From an uncultured Methanomassiliicoccaceae archaeon (GTDB taxonomy: Archaea > Thermoplasmatota > Thermoplasmata > Methanomassiliicoccales > JACIVX01), in assembly GCA_964544915.1 (NCBI GenBank), contig CAZJDY010000017.1, positions 6,906 through 70,905 on the forward strand: a stretch of DNA of 64,000 nt, written 5' to 3'. A model generated the notes under the pieces. The model made no database searches and was not told the origin of the DNA. It saw nothing but the letters and a program-made list of their open reading frames with translations. This document shows, piece by piece, positions 13,120-23,491 of the stretch. Both the position numbers and the translations under genes were made by a program. Numbering within the stretch: position 1 is the first letter of the stretch; the number at the start of each line of letters is the position of its first letter.

Positions 13120-16100
13120 CGCAAGTCCTCCAGTTGTAGGCGCACGGCGACGCCAAGCGACAGCAGCTCGTCCAGCAATAGCTTGAAAGCGTACGAGGTC
13201 TGCACGAGGTTGACGTTCGTGTTGTTACCACAGACAGGGCATCTTAGCGCCCCACGTCTGTCCATCATCGCTATGTGACCGCAATTGGGGTTGCCGCAGA
13301 CGTACTGGAATGTACCGTCAGATTCGTCCAGCAGCCGGTCCTTTATGACCATCGCTGCCCCATGTCCTATCAGACAGTCCCTCTCCATCTCACCGAACCT
13401 CAGGCCGCCTTGTCTCGAGCGTCCCTCGGTCGGCTGTCTTGTGAGTATCTGCACAGGCCCGCGGCTCCTCACGTGCAACTTGCCTGAGACCATGTGGTGC
13501 AGCTTCTGGTAGTAGATGACACCGACGAAGATGTCTGCCCCGATCATCTTGCCGGAAAGGCCGTCGTACATGACCTCCTTCCCGGTGTGCTTGAACCCGT
13601 TGCGGATGAGCGACTCTCTCAAGGACCGCTCGCTCTCCCCGCTGAACGGCGTCCCGTCGATCGTGCGGGCCTCCATCGACCCGACCTTGCCGCCGATCAT
13701 TTCCAGCACGTGGGCGACGGTCATCCTCGACGGGATGGCGTGCGGGTTGATTACCAGGTCCGGTATGACTCCGTCCGAGGTGAATGGCATGTCCTCCTGC
13801 GGGGCTATGAGACCGATGACCCCCTTCTGCCCGTGCCTCGAAGCAAACTTGTCTCCGAGCTCTGGCACCCTCTCATCCCTAACCTTCACCTTCACGAGGC
13901 GGCTGCCGTTCTCGGATTCGGTCAACATGACGCTGTCAACCCAGCCGTTCTCTCCAGACCTGATGATGATCGAGGTCTCCCGACGCTTCTGCGGCGTCAG
14001 GAAGTCCGTCTCCTCTTCGAGGAATCTCGGGGGAGACGTCTTGCCAATGAGGACGTCGCCTCCGGTCACGGCGGTCTCTGGGCTGATCAGCCCGTCCTCG
14101 CCGAGGTTGCTATAGGCGAGGTCCGCCCTCGCTCCCCTGACGTCCGGGCTCGGGATCTCGAAATGATCCTCTTGACCTCCTGGATATCTCCGCTCCTCCG
14201 CCCTGTAAGTCCTCATGAAAGTCGAGCGCCCCAATCCCCTCTCCACGCTCGCCTTGTTGAGTATCAGGGCGTCTTCCATGTTATACCCATGAAATGAGAG
14301 TATCGCGACTACGAAGTTCTGTCCAGCCGGGCGCTCGTTGAATGCCACGAAGTCCATCGGCTTCGTCTGCACTAGCGGCTTCTCCGGATAGTGCAGCAGG
14401 TGGCCCCTCGTGTCCGGCCTCTTCCTGTAGTTCGTGGCGCTCAGCCCTAGCGACTGCTTGGCCATTCCAGAGCCCATCGTCACACGCGGAGACGAATTAT
14501 GCTCCGAGTATGGGACCAGTCCGGCGCAGACACCGAGTATGACGATCGGGTCGACCTCCATGTGGGTGTGCTCCTTCGTGATCAGCAGCGGCGTCTTCAT
14601 CTCGCCGTCGCAGTGCAGGCAGCGCAGCAGAGCGAAGTCGTCCTCGGTTCCGGGGTTGATCCAGTCCACATTAGTCTGGGAAATAGCTCTCCCGCAGCTG
14701 TTGCACCGCTCCGGCACCTCGTATGGCTCGACCGCGATGTACGAGTCCTCTTCCTCCTCCGCGTCGACCCACTCGATCACGCCTTCCCTTAGAAGGTCGG
14801 ACCACCTTGACTTGCCCTCCCTAATATCGTCGAGGTGCTTCTTCGTCAGGACTGTCTTGCCGTTCTTGAGGACGACGAGCGGCCGCCTCAACCTGCCTTC
14901 GTCGCAGTTGATTATGACCTCGTCCATTTCCTCATCGTATCGGATGTTGATCTCGTGCGAGAGGAGACCGCACCTGCGCCGGTGCCTTATCTCCGCCACG
15001 AGCTCCTTTGCCCTATCGTGAACGCCGACGAGGTCCCCGTTTACGAAGACCCTCGTCCCGGTCTTCTGCTGCCCCTTGACCTCTTTGACCCCGAGGTCCT
15101 TCAGCAGCCAGTGGACGTTCTCCTCGCGGAATCCCTCTGAGACGTCAATAATCAGGGCCGCGTTCTTCACGAGACCGCAGTTCTGACCTTCGGGGGTCTC
15201 GTTCGGGCAGAGCCTTCCCCATTGTGTCGGGTGAAGGTCTCTCGCCTCGAAGTGAGGCTGGCTCCTGGTGAGGGAGGATGTGATCCTCCTCAAATGACTG
15301 ATAGTGCTCATGTTGGACGTCCGGTCCAGCAGCTGGCTGACGCCCGCCCTTCCGCCGACCCAGTTGCCGGTGGCGAGGGCATGTAGCAGTCGGTGGGTCA
15401 GCAGATCCGGCCTGATGGCGCTCGATATTCTCAGGTCCTTCTTCCTTGCATAGGACCTCTCGAGTTGGTACTTGAGGTCCTTCATGAGGTTCGTGAATGC
15501 GACCCTGAAGAGGTCCTCCATCAAATCCCCGGAGAGCTTGAGACGCTTGTTCGCGTAGTGGTCCTTGTCGTCCTCTTTCCTGAGGCCGAGCGACAGCTCG
15601 AGGACCGACCTTGCTATCCTACCGAGGAAGATCGCCTTCTTCAACCTATCCTCGGGCGTGTCTCCCAGATGGGGCAAGAGGGACCTGTCGATGATCGACT
15701 CGACCTTCTTGACCCTGTATTCCTTCGCCTGACCGGTGGCGAACTTCCTCTCGAGATAGAGGACCGCGTCCTCGGTCGTGAATATGCCGTTCGGCGGGAA
15801 GATCTTCTTGTCCTGGCATTCCTCGATGTTCGCGTAGACAATGTTCGCCATCTCCGGAACGCTGACGATCGCATCGTAGATCTCCTCGTCGCTCTCCATG
15901 CCGAGCGCTTTCATTAGTGCAATAAGTGGGATCTGCCCGGATGCCGCGGGGACGGTGACCATGAGCATGCCGTCCTTCTTCTTCTCAACGAGCGTCAGGG
16001 CGCGGTAGCCTTCCTTCTGTGAGAACACCTTCGCTACCTCTATCTTCGTTCCGTACCGCTCGTTGAACTCGACCATGACCCTGTTGGGCGCTAGGTCCTC

Positions 16101-16709
16101 TAGCGATATCAGGACCCGCTCGGTCCCGCCGATGATGAAGTAGCCTCCGGGGTCCTTCGGGTCTTCCCCGGCCTGTATGAGCCTGTTATTGTACTCCGCC
16201 TCGGTCAGCTCCCTCTCTTCCTCCATGTTCTCTTTATAGAGCGTGCAGCGCTTCGACTTGACCATGATTGGCAGGTCGCCGAGGTGCACCTTCTCCGGCT
16301 CCTTCTCGATTCCGTCCTCCACTATGGTGAATTCGAGGGCGACAGGAGCGAGGTAGTTCAGGTTCCTGAGCCTGGCTTCCATCGGGGTGAGCGAGTGGGA
16401 GGCTCCGTTGGCCTCTCTCACGACCGGAAGCGTGACTTGGATCGTCGGTCTGGCCTGGGGGTCGATGTTGCCTGTCTTCTCGTCCCTTCTGCGGCCGACC
16501 CTGATCTCCACGATCCTCCCTTCGGTCTTGTCCGGGTCGAGGCGGATTATTCCCCGATCGATGTCCTCCGCGGACACACGCAGGTTGTCCACGATCTTCT
16601 GCGTCCTGCTGTTCGGATTGTCAAGCGTGGAGAGGAAGTCGTTGAAGCTTGAGATGTGATGATTGACTATGCTTCGCTCTTTGAAATAGACCTCAACAAG
16701 ATCTCGCAA
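13116..16709 (-). CDS. rpoB: RNA polymerase subunit B (Rpo2, unsplit)
   Basis: [12 protein letters not shown] and [10 protein letters not shown] motifs; single 1197-aa ORF. Confidence 0.98.
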   Translation of the reverse strand: MRDLVEVYFKERSIVNHHISSFNDFLSTLDNPNSRTQKIVDNLRVSAEDIDRGIIRLDPDKTEGRIVEIRVGRRRDEKTGNIDPQARPTIQVTLPVVREANGASHSLTPMEARLRNLNYLAPVALEFTIVEDGIEKEPEKVHLGDLPIMVKSKRCTLYKENMEEERELTEAEYNNRLIQAGEDPKDPGGYFIIGGTERVLISLEDLAPNRVMVEFNERYGTKIEVAKVFSQKEGYRALTLVEKKKDGMLMVTVPAASGQIPLIALMKALGMESDEEIYDAIVSVPEMANIVYANIEECQDKKIFPPNGIFTTEDAVLYLERKFATGQAKEYRVKKVESIIDRSLLPHLGDTPEDRLKKAIFLGRIARSVLELSLGLRKEDDKDHYANKRLKLSGDLMEDLFRVAFTNLMKDLKYQLERSYARKKDLRISSAIRPDLLTHRLLHALATGNWVGGRAGVSQLLDRTSNMSTISHLRRITSSLTRSQPHFEARDLHPTQWGRLCPNETPEGQNCGLVKNAALIIDVSEGFREENVHWLLKDLGVKEVKGQQKTGTRVFVNGDLVGVHDRAKELVAEIRHRRRCGLLSHEINIRYDEEMDEVIINCDEGRLRRPLVVLKNGKTVLTKKHLDDIREGKSRWSDLLREGVIEWVDAEEEEDSYIAVEPYEVPERCNSCGRAISQTNVDWINPGTEDDFALLRCLHCDGEMKTPLLITKEHTHMEVDPIVILGVCAGLVPYSEHNSSPRVTMGSGMAKQSLGLSATNYRKRPDTRGHLLHYPEKPLVQTKPMDFVAFNERPAGQNFVVAILSFHGYNMEDALILNKASVERGLGRSTFMRTYRAEERRYPGGQEDHFEIPSPDVRGARADLAYSNLGEDGLISPETAVTGGDVLIGKTSPPRFLEEETDFLTPQKRRETSIIIRSGENGWVDSVMLTESENGSRLVKVKVRDERVPELGDKFASRHGQKGVIGLIAPQEDMPFTSDGVIPDLVINPHAIPSRMTVAHVLEMIGGKVGSMEARTIDGTPFSGESERSLRESLIRNGFKHTGKEVMYDGLSGKMIGADIFVGVIYYQKLHHMVSGKLHVRSRGPVQILTRQPTEGRSRQGGLRFGEMERDCLIGHGAAMVIKDRLLDESDGTFQYVCGNPNCGHIAMMDRRGALRCPVCGNNTNVNLVQTSYAFKLLLDELLSLGVAVRLQLEDLR

Positions 16710-16713
16710 AATA

Positions 16714-16977
16714 TCACCCTCTGATTACCAGACGATACGCCACAAAGGTTTCTGCGGTCGGACTTCGCCTTACAATCTTCACAATTCTGCCTCCTTCAAT
16801 CGGACCGTAAATGTTTTCAAGGACTCTTATGCACGCGTCGCTCCGTCGAATCTTCGGAAGCTGATCCATCGTTATCTTCATCGACCTCAAAATCTTATCA
16901 GCCTCTTCCTTCGTGACCAAGTAGTGTTCTGGAACGAGCTCGTGCTCTAGAACATTAAACTCTACAGTATCGACCAA
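16714..16977 (-). CDS. rpoH: RNA polymerase subunit H (Rpo5)
   Basis: HELVPEH and QLPKI motifs; first gene of the rpo operon. Confidence 0.95.
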   Translation of the reverse strand: MVDTVEFNVLEHELVPEHYLVTKEEADKILRSMKITMDQLPKIRRSDACIRVLENIYGPIEGGRIVKIVRRSPTAETFVAYRLVIRG

Positions 16978-17109
16978 CGTTTCACCTCGCCCCTACGCCT
17001 CGGACCTTCTGGTATACTACGTATTGGAGTTATAAGAACCCATCGCAAACCGCTGCCGGAGACCTCGACACGCATGTCTTTTTCACCTACCCAAGCGGGC
17101 CCGCGGGGA

Positions 17110-17142
17110 TTTTCGGAGGCGACGGCGGGTAACCGAGGCCTT
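17110..17142 (-). other. 33-nt tRNA intron in T-loop (position 59/60) with BHB-like motif
   Basis: TTCG/CGAA 4-bp central helix, bulges AA|A and AA|T, intron helix AGGC/GCCT; the T-stem forms the outer helix. Confidence 0.85.
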
Positions 17143-17181
17143 TTCGAACCCCGGGCCATCTGGTTAAAAGCCAGATGCTCT

Positions 17182-17210
17182 TTCTAGGGATACTTGTTGT
17201 CAAGAATCCT
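17182..17210 (-). other. 29-nt tRNA intron in D-loop (position 20/21) with BHB-like motif
   Basis: CTAG/CTAG 4-bp central helix, bulges GT|A and AA|A, intron helix GGAT/ATCC. Confidence 0.85.
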
Positions 17211-17279
17211 ACCTAGCTGAGCTACGGGCCCTTTGGCAACAAGCCTTGGCGTTGCGGAACTGCGAGTAATCACTATGAT

Positions 17280-17287
17280 TATTTAAA
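17280..17287 (-). promoter_or_regulatory. TATA box for the tRNA-Lys gene
   Basis: TTTAAATA on the minus strand about 50 nt upstream of tRNA position 1. Confidence 0.55.
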
Positions 17288-17486
17288 CTTTACTGACGAT
17301 AGGCCTCCCGCGACCACATGGGTGACCAAAACTATGCCGGAGCCTAGGACGAGCGTACTCCCTGATGATTATGTGACGGAAGAGGGTTGGCGCCAGTCCA
17401 TTCGCTGCGACGGCGAGATTCCCGCACCGCCGATTGCAGGTCACGTATAAATATGCGAACCGGTATCCTGCTTCCCGGCGAGGAGC

Positions 17487-17654
17487 ATGGAAGACGAGAG
17501 AATTTGCAGTTCATGCGGTGTCAGGCTTACTGGCAAGGGCATCACGTTCTTTTCCTGCCCGATGTGCGGGGAGATTCAGATAGGAAGATGCACCCACTGC
17601 CGTGACCAGAGCGTGCCTTACGTTTGTCCAAAGTGCGGCTTCGGCGGACCATAG
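17487..17654 (+). CDS. Small zinc-ribbon protein (DUF1610-like), 55 aa
   Basis: Not in the ORF track. MEDERICSSC...CPMC...CTHC...CPKCGFGGP has four CxxC pairs, a GGAG RBS and the canonical position upstream of EF-1beta. Confidence 0.85.
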   Translation: MEDERICSSCGVRLTGKGITFFSCPMCGEIQIGRCTHCRDQSVPYVCPKCGFGGP

Positions 17655-17663
17655 GTGTTGTCG

Positions 17664-17930
17664 ATGGGAAAGGTGGCTGCCGTCTACAATCTGATGCCCC
17701 AGGACACGGACGTATCGATGGAGAGCATGGCAAGGCGCGTACCCGATGTCGTGCCGCAGGGCGTCAGAATAGTCAAGGTCGAGGCGAAGCCTTTCGCATT
17801 CGGCATCAAGATCCTCGAGGTCACTTTCTTGATGGAGGACGTCGCGGGCATAACCGACAATCTCGAGGCCTCACTTCAGACCATCGAGGGCGTCCAGACA
17901 GTAGAGCCGGTGTCGGTCAGCCTCATCTGA
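17664..17930 (+). CDS. ef1b: Translation elongation factor EF-1 beta
   Basis: MGKVAAVYNLMP...PFAFGIKIL...IEGVQTVE matches aEF-1beta. Confidence 0.9.
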   Translation: MGKVAAVYNLMPQDTDVSMESMARRVPDVVPQGVRIVKVEAKPFAFGIKILEVTFLMEDVAGITDNLEASLQTIEGVQTVEPVSVSLI

Positions 17931-18067
17931 AGTATTCCGTCCTGCTCTTCGAAAACGATACTCTCGATTGAGCTGTCTATTATTGATAGTTGAAATGAAG
18001 AAGTGAGCGCCGAGAACGCGAGAGAACGATCCGGCGCGACTTTTCGCGATATGGACAATCTGCGGAA

Positions 18068-19414
18068 CTACTCCGGCGGGGGCTTGATGCATCCCTTCTT
18101 CATCAGCAGCTGGGTCATTCCCCTGGCCCGCCTTATCATCGACTCCGCGGTTTCGTAGAGCTCCTTCCTGCTAACCTTGATTCTCGCCACTCCCTGTTGC
18201 ATCGCCTTCATTCCTACAGCGAGCGCCTCTCTCGGGAACACCTCCCATTCGTCCATCGTCGGGACGATGCAGTCCTCCGTGAGCCCCTTGTCTTCTGCGG
18301 TATTGGCGATCTCGAGCGCGGCGGCGATGCACATCTCGTCGGTGATAGTCTTCGCCCGCACGTCGAGCGCTCCTCTGAATATGCCAGGGAAACCGAGCGA
18401 ATTGTTTATCTGGTTCGGGAAGTCGGACCTGCCAGTTGCGACGATCCTCGCCCCCGCTTCCTTCGCATCCCAAGGCCATATCTCAGGAATCGGGTTCGCG
18501 GTCGCGAAAACGATGGAATCGTCCGCCATACCCTTCACCATATCCTTCGTTATGACGTCGGGGCCAGGTCTCGAAGCTGCGATCACGATATCCGCGCCCT
18601 TCATCGCTTCCTTTATGCCGCCGGTCTTTCCATCCCGGTTCGACCTGAGCGCCATATCCCATTTCTCAGGATACTTCTCCTTGAGGTCGGTCCTACCAGA
18701 GTGCAGAATGCCCTTGCTGTCAACCATGACGATGTTCCTGACATCTACTCCCGCTGCGATGAGCACCCTCGCGATAGCTATGTTCGCGGCTCCCGCCCCG
18801 ATCATCGCTACCAAGGCTTCGTTCATATTCTTCCCTACAACCTTGAGCGCGTTGATCGCGCCCGCCGTGACGATCGTCGCCGTTCCCTGCTGGTCATCGT
18901 GCCACACGGGGATCTCCACCTCTTTCCGGAGCTTGTCTAAAATCGTGAAGCACTTGGGGTGAGAGATGTCCTCGAGGTTGATGCCGCCGAAGGAAGGCGT
19001 AAGCCATTTCACCGCTTGGATGATTTCGTTCGGATCCTTCGTGTTCAGGCATATGGGCACGGCGTCCACACCGCCGAGGTACTTGAAAAGGAGCGCTTTG
19101 CCCTCCATGACGGGCAGGCCTGCCTCAGGACCTATGTCCCCGAGGCCCAGGACTCTCGTGCCATCGGTGACGATAGCGACAGTGTTCCACTTGTTGGTGT
19201 GATTGTAAACCTGCTCCGGGTTCTTCTGGATGTCGCGGCACGGCTCTGCCACCCCTGGCGTGTACCATATCGCGAAGTCCTGGAAGTCCCTGACAGGGCA
19301 TTTCGGTGTGGTCTCGATCTTGCCACCGTAGAATGGGTGGTACTTCATCGCCAAGCGCGCCGGCTCGTACGCCTTCCTCAGCCGCTCCTCGTCAGTTTTC
19401 TTCGTGTCGTTCAT
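18068..19414 (-). CDS. NAD(P)-dependent malic enzyme
   Basis: YTPGVA, VLGLGDIG, INLEDI, HDDQQGT and TGRSDFPNQINN motifs. Confidence 0.95.
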   Translation of the reverse strand: MNDTKKTDEERLRKAYEPARLAMKYHPFYGGKIETTPKCPVRDFQDFAIWYTPGVAEPCRDIQKNPEQVYNHTNKWNTVAIVTDGTRVLGLGDIGPEAGLPVMEGKALLFKYLGGVDAVPICLNTKDPNEIIQAVKWLTPSFGGINLEDISHPKCFTILDKLRKEVEIPVWHDDQQGTATIVTAGAINALKVVGKNMNEALVAMIGAGAANIAIARVLIAAGVDVRNIVMVDSKGILHSGRTDLKEKYPEKWDMALRSNRDGKTGGIKEAMKGADIVIAASRPGPDVITKDMVKGMADDSIVFATANPIPEIWPWDAKEAGARIVATGRSDFPNQINNSLGFPGIFRGALDVRAKTITDEMCIAAALEIANTAEDKGLTEDCIVPTMDEWEVFPREALAVGMKAMQQGVARIKVSRKELYETAESMIRRARGMTQLLMKKGCIKPPPE

Positions 19415-19568
19415 CGTACACCTTCCTCACCACATAGACATATCTGGACAGGATACCGATAACCTTTTGGGGTCATGGTATGCTACTTTTTAGCATACAT
19501 ACAGAATCCATTATTAATAATTGACGAACATCACTATGAAAATCGAGTTTCTCCAGGCAGTGGAAGAC

Positions 19569-21179
19569 ATGACACGCGCATTGATCATAGATGGCTACAT
19601 AGACGAGCCCGCCTCCCTCGGGGTCCCTCCCTACATCTCTCCGCAAGTCAGGGCGGTGGCAGGAGCGGCAAAGGACGCCGGCGCCGAAATCGCCTACGTC
19701 ACTATCGACGCCTTCAGGAAGTCCGGTAGCCTGCCAAGCTCGGACCTGAGCATCGTAATGGCAGGCGCCGGGGTTCCGGGCCGGTACCTGAGATCGCTTC
19801 CCGCTTCGTTCAAGGAGATTAGGACGTTGGCGGAAAAGTTGCCAGGTACCAGGATGCTGGGAGGACCTGCGTCGCTTGACCCGGAACACCGGTCCCTTCT
19901 GCCGTTCGAGGTCGTGGCCAGAAAGGATGCCGCATCTTCCGTCTTCGATCTGATTAGAACTGGGGAGATCACGAACAGATGGCGCACCCTTGACGAGTGG
20001 AATAAGTGGATGTTACTGGGAGCCGACATCGTTCGCTCGCACCAGGATTTCCCTCAGCCCCTAATCGCTGAGATCGAGACCTACAGAGGTTGCATGAGAT
20101 ACCGGACCGGCGGATGCTCATTCTGCATCGAACCGTTGAAAGGGGCGCCGGTCTTCCGCGAACCGGAGGACATCATAAGGGAAGCGAAGATCCTTAATAA
20201 GCTGGGCGTGAGGAACTTGCGCCTTGGCGCTCAGACCTGCATCTTCTCGTACAAGGCCCGCATGTCCGGGGATGTCGTCCGTCCGAACCCCGATACGATA
20301 GAGAGGCTGCTATCCGGCATCGCGGACCTCGACATCGATGTCTTGCATCTCGACAACGCCGACCCCTCGGTAATAGCTAACAATCCGGACGAATCGAGAA
20401 GGATCCTTAGCAGCATGGTCGAGCACTGCACGAGCGGGAACGTTCTCGCGCTTGGCATGGAGAGCGCCGATTCGAAGGTCATAGAGATGAACAATCTCAA
20501 CTCCACCCCGGACCAGGTCCTAGACGCGACAAGAATCATGAACGAGATCGGAGGCGAAAGGGGGGAGAACGGCCTGCCTAGATTGCTTCCCGGCTTGAAC
20601 TTCGTGATAGGTCTGGATGGCGAGAGCGAGAGGACCCTCGATCTGAACCTGTCGTTCCTGAGAAGAGTTCTGGAGGAAGACCTCCTGCTCCGCAGGATAA
20701 ACATTCGCCAAGTGATGCCGATACGGAGAGAGTTCAAGCCAGGGGTCTCTCACTCAGAGTTCGTCAGATTCAAGGATAAGGTGCGGAAGAGCATCGACAA
20801 CCCGATGCTCCAGCGACTGGTCCCCCAGGGAACGGTCCTCAGGAGAATCTACACCGAGCTGAGAGAGGGGAACAGGACGTTTGGGAGACAAATCGGCACT
20901 TACCCGATACTCGTCGGATTCCAGTACCCGATCGGAATCGGGAAGTTCATCGACGCGAAGGTCGTCGGATGGGGCCAGCGGAGCGTCACCGCGGTCGAGT
21001 TCCCGCTGCCCGTGAACACATGCCCCCTTGCTGCCCTCGAATCCCTTCCGTACATCGGAAAGAAGCGCGCGGCGAGGATAGCGAGGAAGAGGCCGATAAG
21101 AAGCATTGAAGAACTGGCTGCCGCAATCGAGGACGAACAGGCGGTCTCTTCGATCTCCCCATATCTTTACCTGAAGTAA
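19569..21179 (+). CDS. Radical SAM protein with C-terminal helix-hairpin-helix (COG1031-like)
   Basis: ETYRGCMRYRTGGCSFC; C-terminal LPYIGKKRA HhH motif; start moved to MTRALIIDGY. Confidence 0.8.
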   Translation: MTRALIIDGYIDEPASLGVPPYISPQVRAVAGAAKDAGAEIAYVTIDAFRKSGSLPSSDLSIVMAGAGVPGRYLRSLPASFKEIRTLAEKLPGTRMLGGPASLDPEHRSLLPFEVVARKDAASSVFDLIRTGEITNRWRTLDEWNKWMLLGADIVRSHQDFPQPLIAEIETYRGCMRYRTGGCSFCIEPLKGAPVFREPEDIIREAKILNKLGVRNLRLGAQTCIFSYKARMSGDVVRPNPDTIERLLSGIADLDIDVLHLDNADPSVIANNPDESRRILSSMVEHCTSGNVLALGMESADSKVIEMNNLNSTPDQVLDATRIMNEIGGERGENGLPRLLPGLNFVIGLDGESERTLDLNLSFLRRVLEEDLLLRRINIRQVMPIRREFKPGVSHSEFVRFKDKVRKSIDNPMLQRLVPQGTVLRRIYTELREGNRTFGRQIGTYPILVGFQYPIGIGKFIDAKVVGWGQRSVTAVEFPLPVNTCPLAALESLPYIGKKRAARIARKRPIRSIEELAAAIEDEQAVSSISPYLYLK

Positions 21180-21236
21180 GTTGAAGGCCGAATGAAATCA
21201 AGAGAATAAATATCACGAACGACCTTAGCTCGAACG

Positions 21237-22307
21237 ATGGATTCGCTCGACTTCGCACGATTCCCCTTCATCAAAGGCGCGACAGAGTACGTGAGGTCGA
21301 ACGAAGTCGATCTCCAGGAGCTCCTGACGTCCGAGGCGTACGCGCAATCGAGGCTGAGGGGCAAGCAGCGGATCCTCGATGCTTTGAACGATGGGGAGAT
21401 CACCAACTGCCCGACATCGGGCGAGCAGGAGCGACTTGTCGAGGTGCTCAGCTATCCGGTCGCCAGGATGCTCGTCTCCTGCGTCGGGGACGGGTTCCTG
21501 ATAAGACGGTATGCGCTCGCCGAGGCGATGACGATGAACAGACGGCTCCAGCAGGAGAGCCCGGAGTTCATAGTCTCGGTCGCCGATGAGCTCGGGGTCC
21601 CGGCCTCGATTACGGATGGTATCATCAGGACGCATTTCTCGAGCTTTCTCAAGTTCACTTCGAGGATGAGGAGCAAGGAGTGGAAGCTCGTCAATACCGA
21701 GGTGAAAGGGGGCTACGTGTTCCTGGGGAAGCAGCGCTTTTCGAGGGTGCTCCAGCAGGCGCTTCAGGAGAAAATCGAGGACGAGCTGCCGCTGGAGGTC
21801 TCGGAGGACATCCTGAAGGTGCTCCGCCCCAACATAATCGAGATCAAGAACCTCGTGGAGACGAGGAAGCAGCACTACAAAGCGGAGGACCTCGGTAAGA
21901 TCACCATAGTGAAATTCCCCCCCTGCATGAGAAGGCTGGTCGGGGTTGCGCAGGCCGGCGAGAACATGCCCCACAGCGGCAGGTTTGCACTGACCGCCTT
22001 CCTCCATGCGATCGGCCTCTCGCAGGACGACATCCTGAACCTGTTCTCGTCATCACCGGACTTCGACCCTTCGAAGACGAGATACCAAATCGAGCACATA
22101 ACAGGGGAGATATCCGGCACGGAGTACACACCTCCTGAATGTTCGACCATGAAGAGCTACGGCGTATGCTTCGAACCTGATGCGCTATGCAACAGCGGGA
22201 AGCTTAAGCACCCCTTGTCCTACTACAGGGTCAAAAGCATGAAGAGAAGACGAGCACAGGCACCGCCGAAGGGAGCTGAGCAAACGAAGAAGGAAGAAGA
22301 CTCTTGA
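21237..22307 (+). CDS. priL: DNA primase large subunit PriL
   Basis: FPPCM, PDF, Y.PPEC and C...C...HPL.YY Fe-S domain motifs. Confidence 0.93.
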   Translation: MDSLDFARFPFIKGATEYVRSNEVDLQELLTSEAYAQSRLRGKQRILDALNDGEITNCPTSGEQERLVEVLSYPVARMLVSCVGDGFLIRRYALAEAMTMNRRLQQESPEFIVSVADELGVPASITDGIIRTHFSSFLKFTSRMRSKEWKLVNTEVKGGYVFLGKQRFSRVLQQALQEKIEDELPLEVSEDILKVLRPNIIEIKNLVETRKQHYKAEDLGKITIVKFPPCMRRLVGVAQAGENMPHSGRFALTAFLHAIGLSQDDILNLFSSSPDFDPSKTRYQIEHITGEISGTEYTPPECSTMKSYGVCFEPDALCNSGKLKHPLSYYRVKSMKRRRAQAPPKGAEQTKKEEDS

Positions 22308-22340
22308 GGATTGTCCAATCCGGCGTCTCCTCAGAACCAC

Positions 22341-22958
22341 CTATTTGATCTTCTTCCATATTTCATTCGCACGCTGGACCGCCGTCACGTTCCCGACGAT
22401 TCCGAACCACAGCATCATGAGCTCGAAGATTGACAGGCTGAACGGTCCGAAGTCGATCCATCCATTGCTGAAGAACATGAACGCCCACTGGACCAGCGGG
22501 ACGACGAACATGAGGACGACACGGTCCGCCCTGCCGAGAAGACCTCGGTACAGCCTGCCGGCCCCGACCGCCTGGGCTTGCGTCCCCATGTAGCTCGTAA
22601 GGAGAACGCCCAACAGCGCCAGGATACCGATGTACGGATTGCACCAGGAGCTAACCGCGACCGCTCCGATCATGACCACATCCGCATACCGATCAAGGAC
22701 GTGGTCGAGGAAGTCGCCCCTTCTCGACGTCTTTCCGGCAAGGCGCGCGACCCTGCCATCGACCGCGTCGAAGAACCCGCTTACGATGACCAAGACGGAC
22801 GCAATTGGAAGCAGAATCTCCCATGACCAATAGCTGAAGTAGAGCACGATCCCTGATATGATAGCTGTGAACAGGGCGATGAGGGATAGCTTGTTCGGGT
22901 TCACCTTGATGAGCGTTTTCGCTGCCGGGTCCAGAACGGAGCCGGCCTCGTCCCTCAT
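22341..22958 (-). CDS. CDP-alcohol phosphatidyltransferase family protein
   Basis: DAVDGRVAR...GDFLDHVLDRYAD signature. Confidence 0.92.
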   Translation of the reverse strand: MRDEAGSVLDPAAKTLIKVNPNKLSLIALFTAIISGIVLYFSYWSWEILLPIASVLVIVSGFFDAVDGRVARLAGKTSRRGDFLDHVLDRYADVVMIGAVAVSSWCNPYIGILALLGVLLTSYMGTQAQAVGAGRLYRGLLGRADRVVLMFVVPLVQWAFMFFSNGWIDFGPFSLSIFELMMLWFGIVGNVTAVQRANEIWKKIK

Positions 22959-22963
22959 CGAAT

Positions 22964-23491
22964 CTAGTACCAGCTCAACACCTCCTTGCTCCAGTCGATA
23001 TTGCCGAACGCGTACTTTTCCCTTTTCCCCGCCAGTATGTCATCCACTGCCGCCGCGACATCCTCAGGGGACCGATCAGTAGTGTCGATCTCGCAAACGT
23101 TCTTGGACCGCTCGAGCCCCTCGATGAGGATCACGTCGCAGGCCTCGGCCTCCATGTTCTCCTGAATCTCTCGAGCGCTCCACCTCCTCCCCCTGAGCCT
23201 CTCACGCAAAACTGATGGGCTGCATCTCAGGATTATGATCAGGTCGGCGGTCAGAAGGTGAGAAAGATGGCCGACGAGAAAGACCGTTCCAGAGGGCATC
23301 TCCTTCTTGAGCGCCCGATCCAGTTCTTCCGCGTCAACCTCGAGGCTCCTCCTCTCAACGTCCCGACCGGAGAATATCCCCTTTTCCTTGGCGAAGCCCC
23401 CGACGTCGATAACGCAAAGTCCCTTCAGACGGAGGATTTCACCCAGAGCACTCTTTCCCGTCCCTGGGGTGCCGCTTACGGCGACGATCAC
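22964..23491 (-). CDS. Adenylate kinase, AK6/hCINAP-like P-loop kinase
   Basis: SGTPGTGKS Walker A, GHLSH, ENMEAE. Confidence 0.88.
   Translation of the reverse strand: MIVAVSGTPGTGKSALGEILRLKGLCVIDVGGFAKEKGIFSGRDVERRSLEVDAEELDRALKKEMPSGTVFLVGHLSHLLTADLIIILRCSPSVLRERLRGRRWSAREIQENMEAEACDVILIEGLERSKNVCEIDTTDRSPEDVAAAVDDILAGKREKYAFGNIDWSKEVLSWY

Larger units (their letters stand above)
17096..17231 (-). tRNA. tRNA-Lys(UUU) with two introns (20/21 and 59/60)
   Basis: Removing 17182-17210 and 17110-17142 gives a 74-nt cloverleaf: GGGCCCG/CGGGCCC acceptor stem, GCTC/GAGC D-stem, TCTGG-CTTTTAA-CCAGA anticodon arm, CGGGG-TTCGAAT-CCCCG T-arm. Discriminator is G; CCA is not encoded. Confidence 0.93.

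Noticed and set aside
17232-17260. Pre-tRNA leader CTTGTTG complementary to CAACAAG in the D-loop intron
   Set aside because: Only 7-8 bp, and both segments already form local hairpins; probably chance.
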